Of a stretch of DNA of 64,000 nucleotides, positions 47,753 through 60,900 are shown in pieces. The position numbers and the translations under genes were made by a program. The notes beneath the pieces were generated by a model that was not told where the DNA came from, made no database searches, and saw nothing but the letters and a program-made list of their open reading frames with translations. Within the stretch, counting starts at the first letter, position 1. Every line of letters begins with the position of its first letter. The stretch comes from Bilabrum cf. latius. Its lineage: Eukaryota. The DNA lies in contig OZ237753.1 in assembly GCA_965178125.1 (NCBI GenBank), positions 868,001-932,000 of the forward strand. Reading direction: 5' to 3'.

Positions 47753-50047
47753 TCACTGCGCCAGCAATGCCCCCGCTTGGACCATTTGCTCCCAGCCTGG
47801 CACTGCTCCGTTGAGTTGGCTAATATTTGAGAGTGGGAACTGATGCGATCCTGCCATCAGCTCTGCCACCACCGCCGCAGCGCGCCCCCGTGCCGCAGCC
47901 GTAGCAGCAGATGCGTGGTGCTTCAGCTGCTGCTGCCATTCCTGCTGCTTGCATAGTGGCGCGGCAGACCGACCGAGCTCCACCATGGCGCCGCCCTCGT
48001 TTAACCCCCCTTGCACCCCACCTCCCCCACCCTCTCGCCCCTCATGGCCCTCCCCTCCCTACACCTGCACCATCGCCGCCCCCTGCCTCCGCCTCAGCCG
48101 CTCCGCCTCCAGGGCCAAGCCGAGGAGGCCGCCATACCCGCCGCCGGAACCCTGCGTCCTCCTCCTCGTCATGGTGAAGGGCGCCTCTTCCGCGACGTCG
48201 ACGCCCATTGCGGAACCTATCCTCCTCAGGTGCGCGGCGCCGTCCAACACCGTGTAGGCCAGCCGGTGCTGCGCCCGTGCCCTCTGTGCCTCCTTCAAGG
48301 GGATGACGACTTCGTCCCGGGCCGTCCCAGACCCTCCCACTCTAGTAAGACCTCCACTTTCATCCGTTGCACCGCCGCTCGCCCCGTAGTGAGCTATGCT
48401 CCCTTCACCAGCGGCTCCTCCCCCTCCCCTCTCCCCTCCATCTGCAGCCCTCCGCAGGGCCTGTGCCTCCGCGCTCCTCCTCTTCACGAGGAACTCAGCC
48501 ACCGTGCCACCGGACCCTCCTTGCCGCCGCTTTCGACCTCCTTTCTTTTTCTTCTTCTTCTTCGATTCTCGCGTGTTCCTTGGCTCGCCCTTGCCGTGCT
48601 GTCCCTTCATGGCCTTTGCCCTCGGTCGCCGATAGCTGCTGGCAGCCCTGGTTCTGGCGGACCCCTTCGCAACAGCCCTGGATCTGGTGGGCCCCTTCGC
48701 AGCGACTAGTCGAGAGGATCCGCTGGTATTGGTACGGTGCTCTGTATCGCGTGCTGCTCTCAAGCCCTACTGTCCCTGTGAATCTGCCAGTGGTTCGGAG
48801 CCATGCACTCGATCCTGAAGTTCCGCTGCGCGGCGCCGCAGCAACCCGCGCCTGCCCGCAGGGGACGTTGCGACGAACTCGGTGCCTGCACCGTCCAGCA
48901 CCGGCCCATCGCACTCGTCACACGGGTTTGCAGGCCGCAGCCCCAGTTGCACCGCGCCCCCTTCTCCCGGCACCCACTGCGAGGATACCCCGCCCCCCAG
49001 GACCCCTCCCTCGTTTCCGAGCAAGCACTCGCTGGCATCGCCTCTGGACTCGCCCTCGCCCTCGCCCTCGCCCTCGCCCTCGGCAGGCCCTTGTGTGTTC
49101 TGCGCCCAGCGGACCGTGTGCCTACTAGTACGCTCTGGGGTGACAACGGCATCCACGCCAGGGGTGCGAATCCCGTACGGGCGACTGGGGGTCAGCTCAG
49201 CTGCATGTTCCTTGCTTTTGCTCGATCGCCGCACGGTGCTCGATCTGGACTTGGACCAGGCCTGCTGGCGCTTGCCCGATGTGGTCGTCCGAGTCGCGGA
49301 GGAGCGGGCATTGGCCTTTGGATTCGCGCTCTTTGGACGACCGCTGGGGGGTGCAACCGCAGTGGCCGTCCCCCGAAGGCATGCCTGCCAGCAAGTTTCT
49401 GCCGCCGATGCGCCGGGCCGCAGGGCAGCTGCTCCAGGTGCCAGAGGCACGGGCCTCAGTGCCGCCTGCAGGTCAGCGAGGGAGGGATCGCGCCTTCCAG
49501 TAGGGAGATCGCCCGTCGAGAGGTATCCCCTAGCTTTGATTGGAGCGTCCTAGGATAGACCGTTGGATGCTTCTCCGGGACGGCCACGCTTTGTCTTTGA
49601 TCTTGATCTTGACCTGGATCTGGATCTCGCGCGCATTCGCCAGCCTGGTAGGCGGTCCATGCGAGAGCGCCGGGCTGAAGCTGACCTGCCTTTGTCGCTG
49701 GTACCTTTGACCTAATCTTCATTGGATATGCTTGCAGTATTCACCCCCTTTACTGCTTCAGATGGAAGTGGTACGCGAATCGAAGACACTTCATGCGAGA
49801 GCTGAGTGGCCCGGCGGATCATCTCTTGGGCCATCGCGCCTACATCTGACGTGCTGCCCTGCCGAAGCGTATGGACATTGAGATGGTCCTCCATTGGAGG
49901 ACGAGGTATCATCTTTCTGTCAAGTGAGGTACTCTGGGGCCCGGGAGGTGTCCTACCTTTCGCAGAGTGCGGTTGCAGCAAAGAGCCACCAGTGGTGCCG
50001 CTAGTCGATCTGAGCCGGGCCAGTTCATCAAGATATAGAGTATTCAT
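47753..50047 (-). CDS. Hypothetical low-complexity protein (~764 aa; frame stays open further upstream, so the 5' end is uncertain)
   Basis: ORF-track segments in one frame joined by TAG at 49712, 49550, 48767, 48059 (also 50078, 50084 upstream); ends TGA. Confidence 0.55.
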
Positions 50048-50361
50048 AGTTTGCAAATATCTATTAGCTTTCAACTTCTAGTCCTAGTGCTGTGCAAAAC
50101 GGTTTTTGAGGCTTCCACGAGCAGTTGCACTTGGCGCGCTGTCGCATGCTATTTCCGGTTTTGCACCGATGGCCGGCTCGGGAAGCTTTGGTCGCGACAC
50201 ATGCTTCTTGTTGGCTTCTCCGATGTTATTCCATTGATCAGGCAGCGTTCGGTGGCATGGTCCTGGTGAAGACTGGAAATTTCGAGCCTCACCCGGCACC
50301 GCGACACTTGTCGCGCCAGCACGATGGGCAATCGGCAGCAGTTGCGTAGCGAGGCAGGTGC

Positions 50362-51268
50362 TCACTGCTCGCCCTAACTCAAGGTCAAGGCAGCAAGAAG
50401 CGCCATCGCAGCCAGCACCGCCCCTGCAGCCGCCCCGGTAGCCGCTGGGGGCGCCCCGGTCTCTGTCGACCCCGGTGTGAGCACGATCACGCTGTGGTAG
50501 GCCCGGTAATCGAACCCAGAGGGAAGGTTCTGCGGGTCGTGCGTGGTGTCGTGCGAGTCGCTCATATCCCCGGTTGCAACCGCACTATCATGGGGCCGCC
50601 TCACGAAGACGTCGCAGTGGTACTCGCCGCCCGCCTGCAGCCCCTCGATGCGGACTGTCAGGGAGGTGCTCCACTCGTCATTCACGCGAGTGACGTGGTG
50701 CGCCGTGTGGTCCATCAGCGCGCGGCGCAGAGCATGGTGCGGCATCGAGCCTCCGTCGTCTCCCGCGACCACGTCATCGTCCTCGCCGTCATCGTCGGTG
50801 TTGCCCGAGGCCAGCCCGGGCGCCGGCTTGCCCAGGTACTCGAGCCCGCAGGCAGATCCCATGATGTAGCCCGGCTTCATGCGGCCCGTGCCCATGTGTC
50901 CTTTGTGAAAGAACACGTTGTACGTGGCGTTTGTCTCCTGAGAGGCGGTCCAGGACAGCCGGAAGGAGGTCTTGCTCAGCTCCGAGACGACAGGGTCCTC
51001 GTCGGGGGGCAGGAAGGCGGAGTCGCCTGCGCCCAACACCTCGAGGTCGAAGGCGCTGACCACGGGCTAGTTGGCCTCTTCGTGTGCTGCAGTGGATGGC
51101 ATGATGTTCTCCACTGCGATCCAGAGCCAGCCGTCCTGCCCAGCGGAGCTCGTGCTGATTGTGGTCGCCTCCCAGATGTGCTTGCCGTGGTGCTGGTCTA
51201 GGTTTGATGGCCATTCGAACACACCGCCATTCTCTGCAGAGCTTGGCACCCCATTCACCCGGTAGTAG
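50362..51268 (-). CDS. Fibronectin-type-III-like surface protein with C-terminal hydrophobic segment (3' exon; 5' exons unresolved)
   Basis: TSFRLSWTAS..NATYNVF, IEGLQAGGEYHCDVFV; AAGAVLAAMALLAALTL; acceptor CCACGCAG ending at 51269; TAG at 51067 and 50374; TGA at 50362. Confidence 0.55.
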
Positions 51269-51995
51269 CTGCGTGGTTAAAACAAACCCAATGCATTTCC
51301 AAATGATATTGCCAGTGGTAGTCCTGCTGTTTCTCAGAATTAAGTGACAACAAGAGCAGCTGATCGCATTGCAGTTGCATGGATCGCGCCCAAGAGCCTA
51401 GTTCAAGCCAATGCGTCGATGCTCACGTGTTCATATTTCCCCAGCAAGGCCATGAGATAGCTGTAAATGATGACATGCCCATCGTTTTGGTCTTGAAGTA
51501 GACGGTAGTGTTCTCACCAACCTACAGACCCTGTGTATACCTGCATAGCGCAGCAACATGTAATCGGCCAACGAACGTCTACCAGTGACAATCATACACA
51601 TACATTGTTTGTGGAGGTGTGAAGTCCTTGGGCTCACCCATGCGATAGGATGTATGGATCTGATGCGGATCCCGTGCCGTTCGTTGGGGGATCATTGATC
51701 GCTTCTTGGTGCATGTGAGCCGCTGCAATGGGAAGCCCAACGCTAATAAAGCCTACCAAGCCGGATAGCGCAGCCAGCATCAGGCCAGTATGATTTGGTG
51801 CGGCGATGTGATGCTGATCGGAAACCGATCGAAATTGATTTTCGAAACCGCACCACTGGCTGTGCGGAACCGGAGATGGCCAGCGAGCATCGAGAGCACA
51901 TCGCCTTCAGCCGACGCCGCTATGTTGCTGTAGCGTGCAGAGGCATCGGCTACCAAAAGGAAAAATATCAAAAAGTGGTCGTCCCGCTGCAACGA

Positions 51996-54900
51996 TTAAA
52001 ACCTAAACCCTCCCGACTTGGCCTCCGGCTTGTGGAACTTGGACGCCTTGCTCGCGTTCTCGCGCATAAAGTCCCGCCGCTGCCTCTGCTTGGCCCGCTG
52101 CCGCCTTACCGCCAGCGCCCGCCCAGGCGCGGCCGTGTCCACCGTGGCCCGCACGGGCACTGGCCTCTCGTACTCGGGCTGCGAGCCCACCACGTCAAAG
52201 ACCCACCGCGAGGAGGGCGAGTCCACCACCAGACGGCCCCTGCACGACTTGCCGTACTCGCGGGGGGCGAACGTCACGATCACCTGCGCGGGCTCCGTGC
52301 CCACCTCTCCCCCGCCCTCGGGAGGCGCAGGGGGCAGAGTGCCCCTCCCGGGATCCACCCTGAGCTCGGCTGCAGCGTCCAGAGTGAAGTACGCCCGGAA
52401 AGGCTCGGGCTCGCTGCCCTCCCCGAATATGTCGATCGCCACGCGCTCCACCGCGCCCACATCTGCCTGAATCTCAAGCACGTCGTCCGGCGCGGGGTCC
52501 GTGGCTCGCACGGAGAAATTGAACCGCCACTGGCCCCCAGTGGACTTGGTGATCACCAGCTCGGCGGGGACATGCATGGGCTTGCGGGGGCGGAAATCCA
52601 TGACGAGCCGGATCGGGTCGTCCGAATCCCTGAGCTTGCCTCCCCTGTTAGCCACCACCACGTCCAGCTGCCTCGCCAGCGCGAGCGTGGCCTCCTCCGG
52701 CATGTCGGCGGGGGGCTCCACTTGCACGTCGAAGGTGCACCGCAGCACCTCGCTCTGCGTGAGACCCGGCAGCGGCAGCGCCACCTCCTCCACCTTGCGG
52801 GACCGAGCCTTGCACGCCAGTTTGACCACCCGCTTGGAGGGGGGTGCCTCGGGGCTGCCCACCAGGTCGTACCTCCACTCCATCCCGCGGGAGGGCAGGC
52901 GCACCACCATGCGCCCGCTGTACTGCCGGATCCGCTGCGGGCTGAAGCCAACCGGCAGCTGCACCTGCGCCCCCGGCCCCAGGCGGATCGTAGAGGGACG
53001 CAGGAGCTGGAACACGGTGCTGGGCCCGTCTAGCGAGCTGCCAGGAACACCTCCTCTGCCCCTTTGGCCAGCCCCCGCCCCTGCTCTTCCGATGCTGGGC
53101 AGTGTTCCACCTCCCGTCGCCTGCTCGTCCCCACTGACCTCCACCGCCACTTCGATCCGCACGGGCTCGTCGAACGGGTTCTAAAAGGGGACCGAGGTGC
53201 TCGAGCTCAGCCCGGCAACCGCACGCAGCTGCACCGTCCGCACCTCAGTCTCGGGCGCCTCCCCCTCCCCCTGCAGCCGGAACTCCCACTTGCCAAGCCG
53301 GTCCGAGTTGAACACCAGCAGGCCGTTCTCCGCCCGCCCCACGCTTGAGGGGTTGTAGGTCACGCGCACGTCCTGTGACGAGAGGGGAGCCAGCTCCACG
53401 CCCGCCGGATCCACCGTGAAGTTGCGCTCGTTGTCCAGCGAGGCAGCCGCGAGGGCGGCATACCGCGTGGGGTTGTCCAGAGTCACCAGACAGGACGCGG
53501 AGCTACCCACCGGGGCGCGGAGCACAGGCACCTCGACTGGTGGAGCGGGCGCCGCCTCCATCTCGAGCTTGTACCACAGCTGCCCCGCCCGCTCGCCGGT
53601 GAACGTGACGGCCCCCTGCTCCTTGCCGGCCTCCAAGGGGCAGTACAGCAGCTCGTACACCTTGTCTTGTTCCCTGGGAGCGAGCGCCAGCACGGGATCA
53701 CCCACGAGCCCCTCGCCCTCCAGCGCCACCTGGAACTCCGCCGGCTCGTCCAGCGGGTTGTCGATCTGCAGGCGCACCCTAGCAGCCTTGCGCACGGTGG
53801 CCCGCAGCTGAAGGGTGTCCTCGGGCGCTGGGGGCTTCACCTCGGCCTCCACGGCCCACCAGCGGAACCGGCCCGAGCGGTCGTCCACGAACCGAACGGT
53901 CCCGCGGTACAGACCTCCGGCCAGGGGCGCAAAGGTGAGCTCGTATCCGCCCTCCGCGGGCGTGCTCTTGCCCGTCCTGGGGTCGGTGTCCCCCGCCCTT
54001 AGGGCCAGAGAGGGGTCCCCGCTGGCGCCGATGAGGTCCGATTCCACCCTCAGGGTGGCAGGGGCCGCACTGAAGCCAGTCACCGGGAGCTCCTTGACGA
54101 CAGTCTCCCGCGCGCTGCACTCGATCTTGAGCGTGCCCTCGGCCGCGGGGGCCTCCCCTACCCCAGTCAGCACGTACTCGATGTGCGGCATCTTGGGGCG
54201 CGTCTGGTTCCGCACGATGAGGCGCGCCCTCTCGACCGTGGTCCAGTCCGGCTTGAACTTGAGCGGGATGCTTGCCGTCTCACCCGCGTTGACGAGGAAG
54301 GTGGACGGCACCTCGAAGTGGTGCCCCCGCGGCGACAGCTGCCTGCCTTCCCTCGGACTCTTGGCGTCGCTGCCGAAGAGCTGGCTGGCCTCCTCGCCCA
54401 TGCTCTCCTCCCTCACCTCCAGCACCCGCAGCTCGCACCGCATCAGCCACTGTTCCCTGGACTGGTTCACCACAGGCAGGGGCTGCTCTACACTGGCTCC
54501 CGCGGGACACCTCAGGGTCAGCTCCCTCTTGAGCGGGGGCGCTCGCAGGGCGACATCCAGGTCGTACACCCGCGTCTCGCGGCGGGATGCCAGCACCAGC
54601 CGAGCGGGGTACTTGCCGGGGGCTTTCGGCAGGATGGACACGCGCGCCACGCCCTCCCAGGCGGCCGCCTCTCCGCCCCGCTGCGCCGCGGCCGCCGCAT
54701 CATCGTCCTCGTCCTCCGCCGCCAACACGGCCCCCGTTTCGGTGGCGCCTAGGCGCTCCGCTCTGTCCTCTGCATCCCGCTGCTCCTTGCGCGTGGCCAT
54801 CCGAGAGACAACGGCGAAGTCCTGCCATCCGGGTGAGATGGCCCCGTCCGCGCGGTAGAAGGGCGAATCGATAGAGATCTGGTAGGTCCACGGCCGCAGC

Positions 54901-57900
54901 AGGTACCGCGCCACCCGCCTCACCTTGGCTCCCGCCCGGGTGAGCGCCTCGCTGGGACGGCCCCCTCCCGTGCTGCCCAGCTGCATCGAGCTCAGGGAAC
55001 CCACCGTGAGCACGCTCCCACCCTGCAGCAGCTGAGACGGGCGCTCCCTCAGCCCGGCCCCGGGACCCCCCGCCTCGTCCCCCTGAAGCTCCCCCCCCAC
55101 GGAGGGGTCAAGCAGGGAGGGGTCGATCTGCCGGAGCCTACCCACCAGCGCGTCCAGCCGCTGCCTCTCCTTTACCAGCCTCTTCTCTTGTTCCCTGGCC
55201 TGCTCCTCTCTCTCTTCCTTGGGCAGCCGACGCCCGGCCTCCTGCAGGGCTTCCTTCAGCTGCTGGCTGGCCCCCACCACGCGGAGGGACAGGTGCTTCG
55301 CCAGCTCCTCCTCGTCCACGGCAGCACTGGAGCTCGAGTCGTCCGTCAGCACAGCCTTGAGGGTGCCCGAGGAATCGGGCAGGCCCGCCGTCGCGCGGAC
55401 CTCGTACACCACCTCGCCCAGCGTCTCGTCAACGAGTTCCACCGCGCAGGCGTGCGGGCCCGCCACGAATGGGAGGAACTGCACGCCTAGGACCCTGGAT
55501 CGACCCTTGCCCAGGTGCAGGACCTGCGAAGGGGTCCTCAGGTGGAAGGGCGCGGGCCAGTACCCGTCCGCGGTCAGGGGCCCTGCCTCGTTCCTGTGTC
55601 TCGCCCACTCGCCCACCCGGAACATCCGACCCTCCTCCCTTCGCAGCTCGGCCTGCGCCTGCGCCGCCCGTGCAGAGGAACCGGGCCTGCTGCGCCTCTG
55701 GATGCCGGCCACGCGCGCAGGCGAAGTGGCTCGCCCCACGCTGCCGCTGCCGTGTGACAGCTCGGATCCCGGACGGGTGCTACCGGGCCCAGCACCGGCC
55801 GCCCCTGCGCCGGAAGCGGCAGCACGCCTAGCCTTGGGATCCACACCTGCCCCTGCTTCTGCCCCTGTTCCCTGCTCGTCCTCGTCGTAGGTGGGGACGT
55901 TCCTTCCCTCGGGTGCCGAAGGCGGAATGGGGATGAGCCTGACGCGGAACTTGCCCTCCCTGTCGAAGGGATTGGTCACCTGCAGCTCGTGCTCCACGGG
56001 CTTGTACATGGGCGTCTGCAGGCGCACCACAGCGGCCGGCGGCCGCTCCAGCACCCTAGTCTGCAGCGCGAACACGAGTGTCATGGCCTGCACCGGCCCG
56101 TTGCGCTGCGAGCGGAGCGTGAGACGTGCTCGCGCGGGCCGGGACAGCCTGGCAGTCGCCACCACCTGGATGCTGCGCTTCTGCCCAGGGGGAAGCGTGA
56201 CTCGGTTGGTGGTGGCCTCGAAGACGCCCTCGTCTCCCGGCTCTGCCGCCACTGTGACCTCGTAAATGACTGCCTTGTTGGAGGGGTTGCTCAGCTCAAT
56301 GCTGCGCATGGCCTTCTCCCCCATGCGAGCGTCGAAACGGATGGTTTGCCTGGGGACCAGCTGCGGGATCGTGCGGTAGAGGTGCAGGAGAGCCAGCAGG
56401 CACAGTCTCGTGTGCCCCTCGCCCATCCTAGCCCGATCCCCTAGCGAATGGGCCAGCACGCCCCCCGTGTCGAAGATGGCAGTCTCCAAAGGAGCCGCCT
56501 CCGGGGGCAGCACCCCATCCAGATCCAGGCCGGTCGGCGCTCCATTCGCCACCCCGCCGCCATCCACCACACCCCCCCGTTCCCCGGTCTTGCCCTCGCC
56601 CGCCCCATCCGCCCCACTCGCCGCCCTCGACCCCCCGCCGCGACTGCCGTGCTCCACCGACATCGCATCGTCCGCTCCGCCCCCGAACTCGGCCGCCGCC
56701 GCCGCCGCCGCCGCCGCCCTGATCATGGCCGCCTCCTGCTCCTTCCTCTCCTCCCTCGCCCTCTCCCTCGCATCTTGCACCCGCCGGAGCCCCACCCACT
56801 CGCCCTCGACCCCCTCGGGGGCGGGGCCCAGGAAGAGCTCCCGCAGAGGCACGGGGGGTCTCACGTCTAGCAGCTCCAGCGCGTCATAGATCGCGCCCCA
56901 TGCCAGCTCCAAGTCCTCTGGACCCTCAGGACAGGCCTTGAAGCCCACCAGGGGCTGCCCCTCCTCACCCAGGAAGGGGCAGTGGCTCCGCAGGATGCCA
57001 GCCACCACCGTACCATCCCTCAGGTCACGGTGCGGGTCCACCACCCGCCGGGGCATGTGCGTGAACACCTGGTTGTGGTGGTACTGCGCCCACCGCAGCA
57101 GAACGAGCTCGGACACCGCCATGACGTTCGAAGGGGCGAGCAGCCTGTCCGGTGCGAAGGCCCGCCGGGTGGTCCGCGCCACTAGCTGCTGCACCTCGGT
57201 GGATGCCTCTTTCAAGGGATCCCCCTCCTGCTCCTCCTGGGCCCCCGCCCCGCCCCGCCTCTTCCTCCTCTCGTCCACGATCCGGGCGCGCTCCTCGTCC
57301 TGCACCCGCCGCGCGTCCTCGATGGCAGCCATAGCCCGCTGGCACGCCGCATCTGGCTGCATGCCGGGCACCTGGGCGAGGCTCTGCAGCGTGACCCTCT
57401 GCAGCACGAACACGCGCACGATCTGCATGCAGGTCCACGCCCACGCGCTCGTGCTCACCTCGGGGTACTCTTGCCGCAGGGACTTCCTCTTCCTCGCCTC
57501 TGCTGTGAGAGACCTGTACTCCAGCATGGGGGCGCCCAGGCCCCGCCCGTCGATGCCCCCGGGGGCCATGCGAGCCCTCACGAAGTCGTCTCGCGGGAGC
57601 AGGTCCTCGGGCCGGATGTGGTGCAGGAGCGCGCCGTGGGCCTTGAGGAAGGTCAGCGCCTTCAGGGACTGCTGGTACAGCACCAGCGTGCGGGCCTTGC
57701 CCCCGCGGGGCAGCTGATCCGGCGCACTAACCCCGCCGCCTGCGCCGCCCCGGCCCGCCCCAGTGGACCCGCTGGACCGAGCCCTTCCGCGACTGCGGCT
57801 GCGGTTCCGGCGGCCGGGGCTCCCCGGGCCGCTGCTGGCCACGGACCCGCCTCCAGCCACGTCTGCCCCCCCCTCCCCCCGCCTGCCCCTCCCAGGCAGC

Positions 57901-60900
57901 TTGCTCCCGGACAGAGCCTCCACCAAGTCCCAGATGGGTGCCCCGGCCGTCTCGGTGATGCTGCGGGGGAAGTACTCCAGCGGTGACTTGAGCAGCACGG
58001 CATTGAGCCACAGCCGGAGCAGCTCCGTCTCCTCCTGGTCCACGTGCCCCGGCATGCCCATGTCTGGAGGCAGCAGCTGGCCGTCCGGTCCGCTGGGCAA
58101 GGAACCCACGTAGCTCTTGCTGCCCCCCTTCTTGGAGGGGTCCTCACCGGAGGCTCTCCTACCCTTGGAGCCGCCTCCGCGGGCACCGGCCCCGCCAGAG
58201 GAGCCCGCGCTTCCACGTCCCGACCGACCCGCGCCACCGCCATTTCCACCAGCTGCTCGGCCCTTGGCTGGCCGCAGCAGGGGCCGCAGGAACGTGAGCG
58301 CCTGCTTGCGGTCCGTCCCTTGCGGAACCGCGCACGGCGCCGCACCAGGTGCCGCCATGAGCTCCAGCTCCCCCGCCTTGGCCTTGAGGTAGGGCACCGT
58401 GCTGAGGAGGCTCGAGTCCGTCACGCCAGAGACCGGCATGGGGTACCTGTTGCCCCTGTCGTCGTAGAAATCGATCGTGGCCGTGAAGGCCATGGGCTTC
58501 CTTGACTTGAAGGTGACCATGACCGGCAGAGCGGGCCGGCTGAGGCTGATGGTGGTGCCCTCGGGGAAGTAGATCTGCAGGGGGATCTTGGTCGGGTGCC
58601 TGTCCGTGGGCACCTTCCAACGGAGCTGGAGGTTGTCGAACCCGTGTCCCTCGATCAAAAAGGAGGACCAGGACATGCAGCCCAGAGGCACGGGCGGCAA
58701 CGTGGTCTCTGCCCTATCAAAGGCCAGCTGTGGCGCGACCCCCTGCCCCTCCATCTCCAGCACCACCACGCTCTCCCCGGACGGGACGGGCGGCGCGAAC
58801 CCGTCCATCAGCGCGTCCACCACCTGCCTCGCGTAGGACTCCCCCCCGAGATCCGCTGGCACGGGGGGCAGCTCGACCTCCTCGTCATCCGCGGCCCCGC
58901 TCTCCACGTGTGCCAGCAGCAGCCTCAGCGCGCCCTCTGCCTCGTCCCTCCTGCGCCTGGCCTCTGGCACGCTGTCGGCCAGGAACAGAGGCACTGCGGC
59001 CACGTACTGCTGAAAGCCCTGGGGCGCGAACAGCACGCCCAAGTCGCACGACTCGCTCGGCACCAGGTCGCCCTCCCCTGCCTCCACGCGGAAGGCCCGC
59101 CCCCCGGGGTCGCCCGCCTGGGCCGCCGCCTCTAGCCAAAACTGGCCCGCCGCGAACGCAACGGTGCCCGTCTCCTGCCGCGACTCGACCGTGACGTGCT
59201 GGCGGTAGGGCGCGCGCCGGGTCGGGTCCGGGTGGACGACCTTGAGCTAAAAGTTGCAGAGGGTCGGCTTGAGCACCAGCCTCGGGGGCACCGCCACTCC
59301 GGTGACCGTCCGGGCCAGCATCACCTTCGCCTTGGAGGGAAGCATGCCGAGGGCGCGCAGCGGCAGCATGAACTGCAGCCGCTGCGCCTCGTACGGCCTG
59401 TACTCGAGCTGCAGCCGCAGCACCTTGCCCGGTGCCATGCGGATCCTGAACTTGCGGGGACCCATGTCCGCCTTGGATGCTCGCTCACGCTCGAGGCCGT
59501 CCCCGGCGCCACGCTCGCCACCCTCCTCCCCTACCTCATCGCCGCCGTCCTCCCCATCCCCATCTTCGTCTGCCTTGATCGCGCTCGCATCCACCCCCGA
59601 TTCGACGACTTCCTCGTCAACCATGGAGGCGCCCTCTGCCACGAACACGCTGCCTTCCTCCTGCAGCCCAGCGCCCAGGCTCTCCTGGCTGCCCTCCTCG
59701 CCCACGCCGCCCCTCCCCGGCCGGGAGCTCCTCGGCAGCCTCGGCGGCAGCACGGCCATCTGGTCGAAGCTCCTCAGATTCACCACCACCTCCGCGGGGA
59801 TGCGCCCCGAGTTCTCCAGGGTCAGCGGCAGCCTCGCCCTGGAGCCCACGGACACCCGCCCGAAATCGAAGCTCGGCTCCAGGACCCGCACCTCGGGCGA
59901 CACCGCCTCTGCCTCCACCCCGATGGTCAGGTCGGCTCCCGCCCGAACCCGGATGCACACCTTGTCCTCGGCTGCTCGGAACGTCTTCTCTTTGCTGGAC
60001 ACGAGCCGCACCATGACCTGCATCTCGTCTCCAGGCCCGATCCGGCCCGAGGACGGGACCAGAGAGACGCCCTCCGGCGCCTCGTCCAGCTTCCACACCG
60101 CCGCGGTGGCCCCCTGGTTGGCCAGCATCACGGCAGTCTCGCGCTGCACGCCCACGGACACGGCCCCGAACTCCACCCTGTCCGCAGACGCGATCACGTC
60201 GGGCTCCTCGAGGTCCGCCTGCAGCTGCACCCGCACGGGCGGCTCCGAAGTGGACCCGCCCCTTACCAGCAGCGACGCGTGGGCCTGCACGGGCAGACCG
60301 ACCTACGGGCGAAACTTGACCCTCGCGATCGCGGTCTGCCCTGGCTGGATGCTGCCCGAGGGCGGGTCGATGACAAAGGCCGTCTCCTTCGGCTTGGGCC
60401 TCCACACGTACTCGGCCACGGCGTTGCCAGGGTTGTGAAGCTCGATGTCCTCGTGCAGGCCAAAGTCGGTGCTGCCCTCCGGAAAGCGAAAGACGATGTG
60501 ACGCTTGGAGGGCACCACCTCTACCGGCTTGACCACGGCGGTGCACATGAACCGGAACACGTGCTTCCCGTTGATCGTGTACAAAATCTCCCGCTTCATC
60601 TCAACCGCCTCGCGCTGGGGCACAAACACCAGGTCGAAGCCTGCCTTGCGGCCGGTGGGCACCACCTGAGAGGCCGGGAATGACTCTGCAAACTCCTCCG
60701 CGCCCTTGGGCATCACCAGAGACGCCAGCACCACCTGGGCCAGGTCGTTCGCCACCGCGAAGCACTTGGCCGTCCTGCTCCTCACGTTGACCTCGCCAAA
60801 GTCCACCACCCGAGGCCCCGCCTAGATCCCGGCCAGCAGCTCGGGGCCCAGCTTGAGACCGCAGTCGGTGGCCTCCGCCTGCGTGGTGGGCTGCGGCTTG

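Noticed and set aside
38520-49083. Short microsatellites (GAGGGC)n at ~38520 and ~49051, (CCCTTT)n at ~45775, poly-G at ~43161, 30-bp duplicate at ~48643
   Set aside because: Ordinary low-complexity coding or intronic slippage.
51280-51995. Upstream exons of the FN3-like gene or a separate small gene
   Set aside because: Several possible splice sites but no exon chain that I can support.
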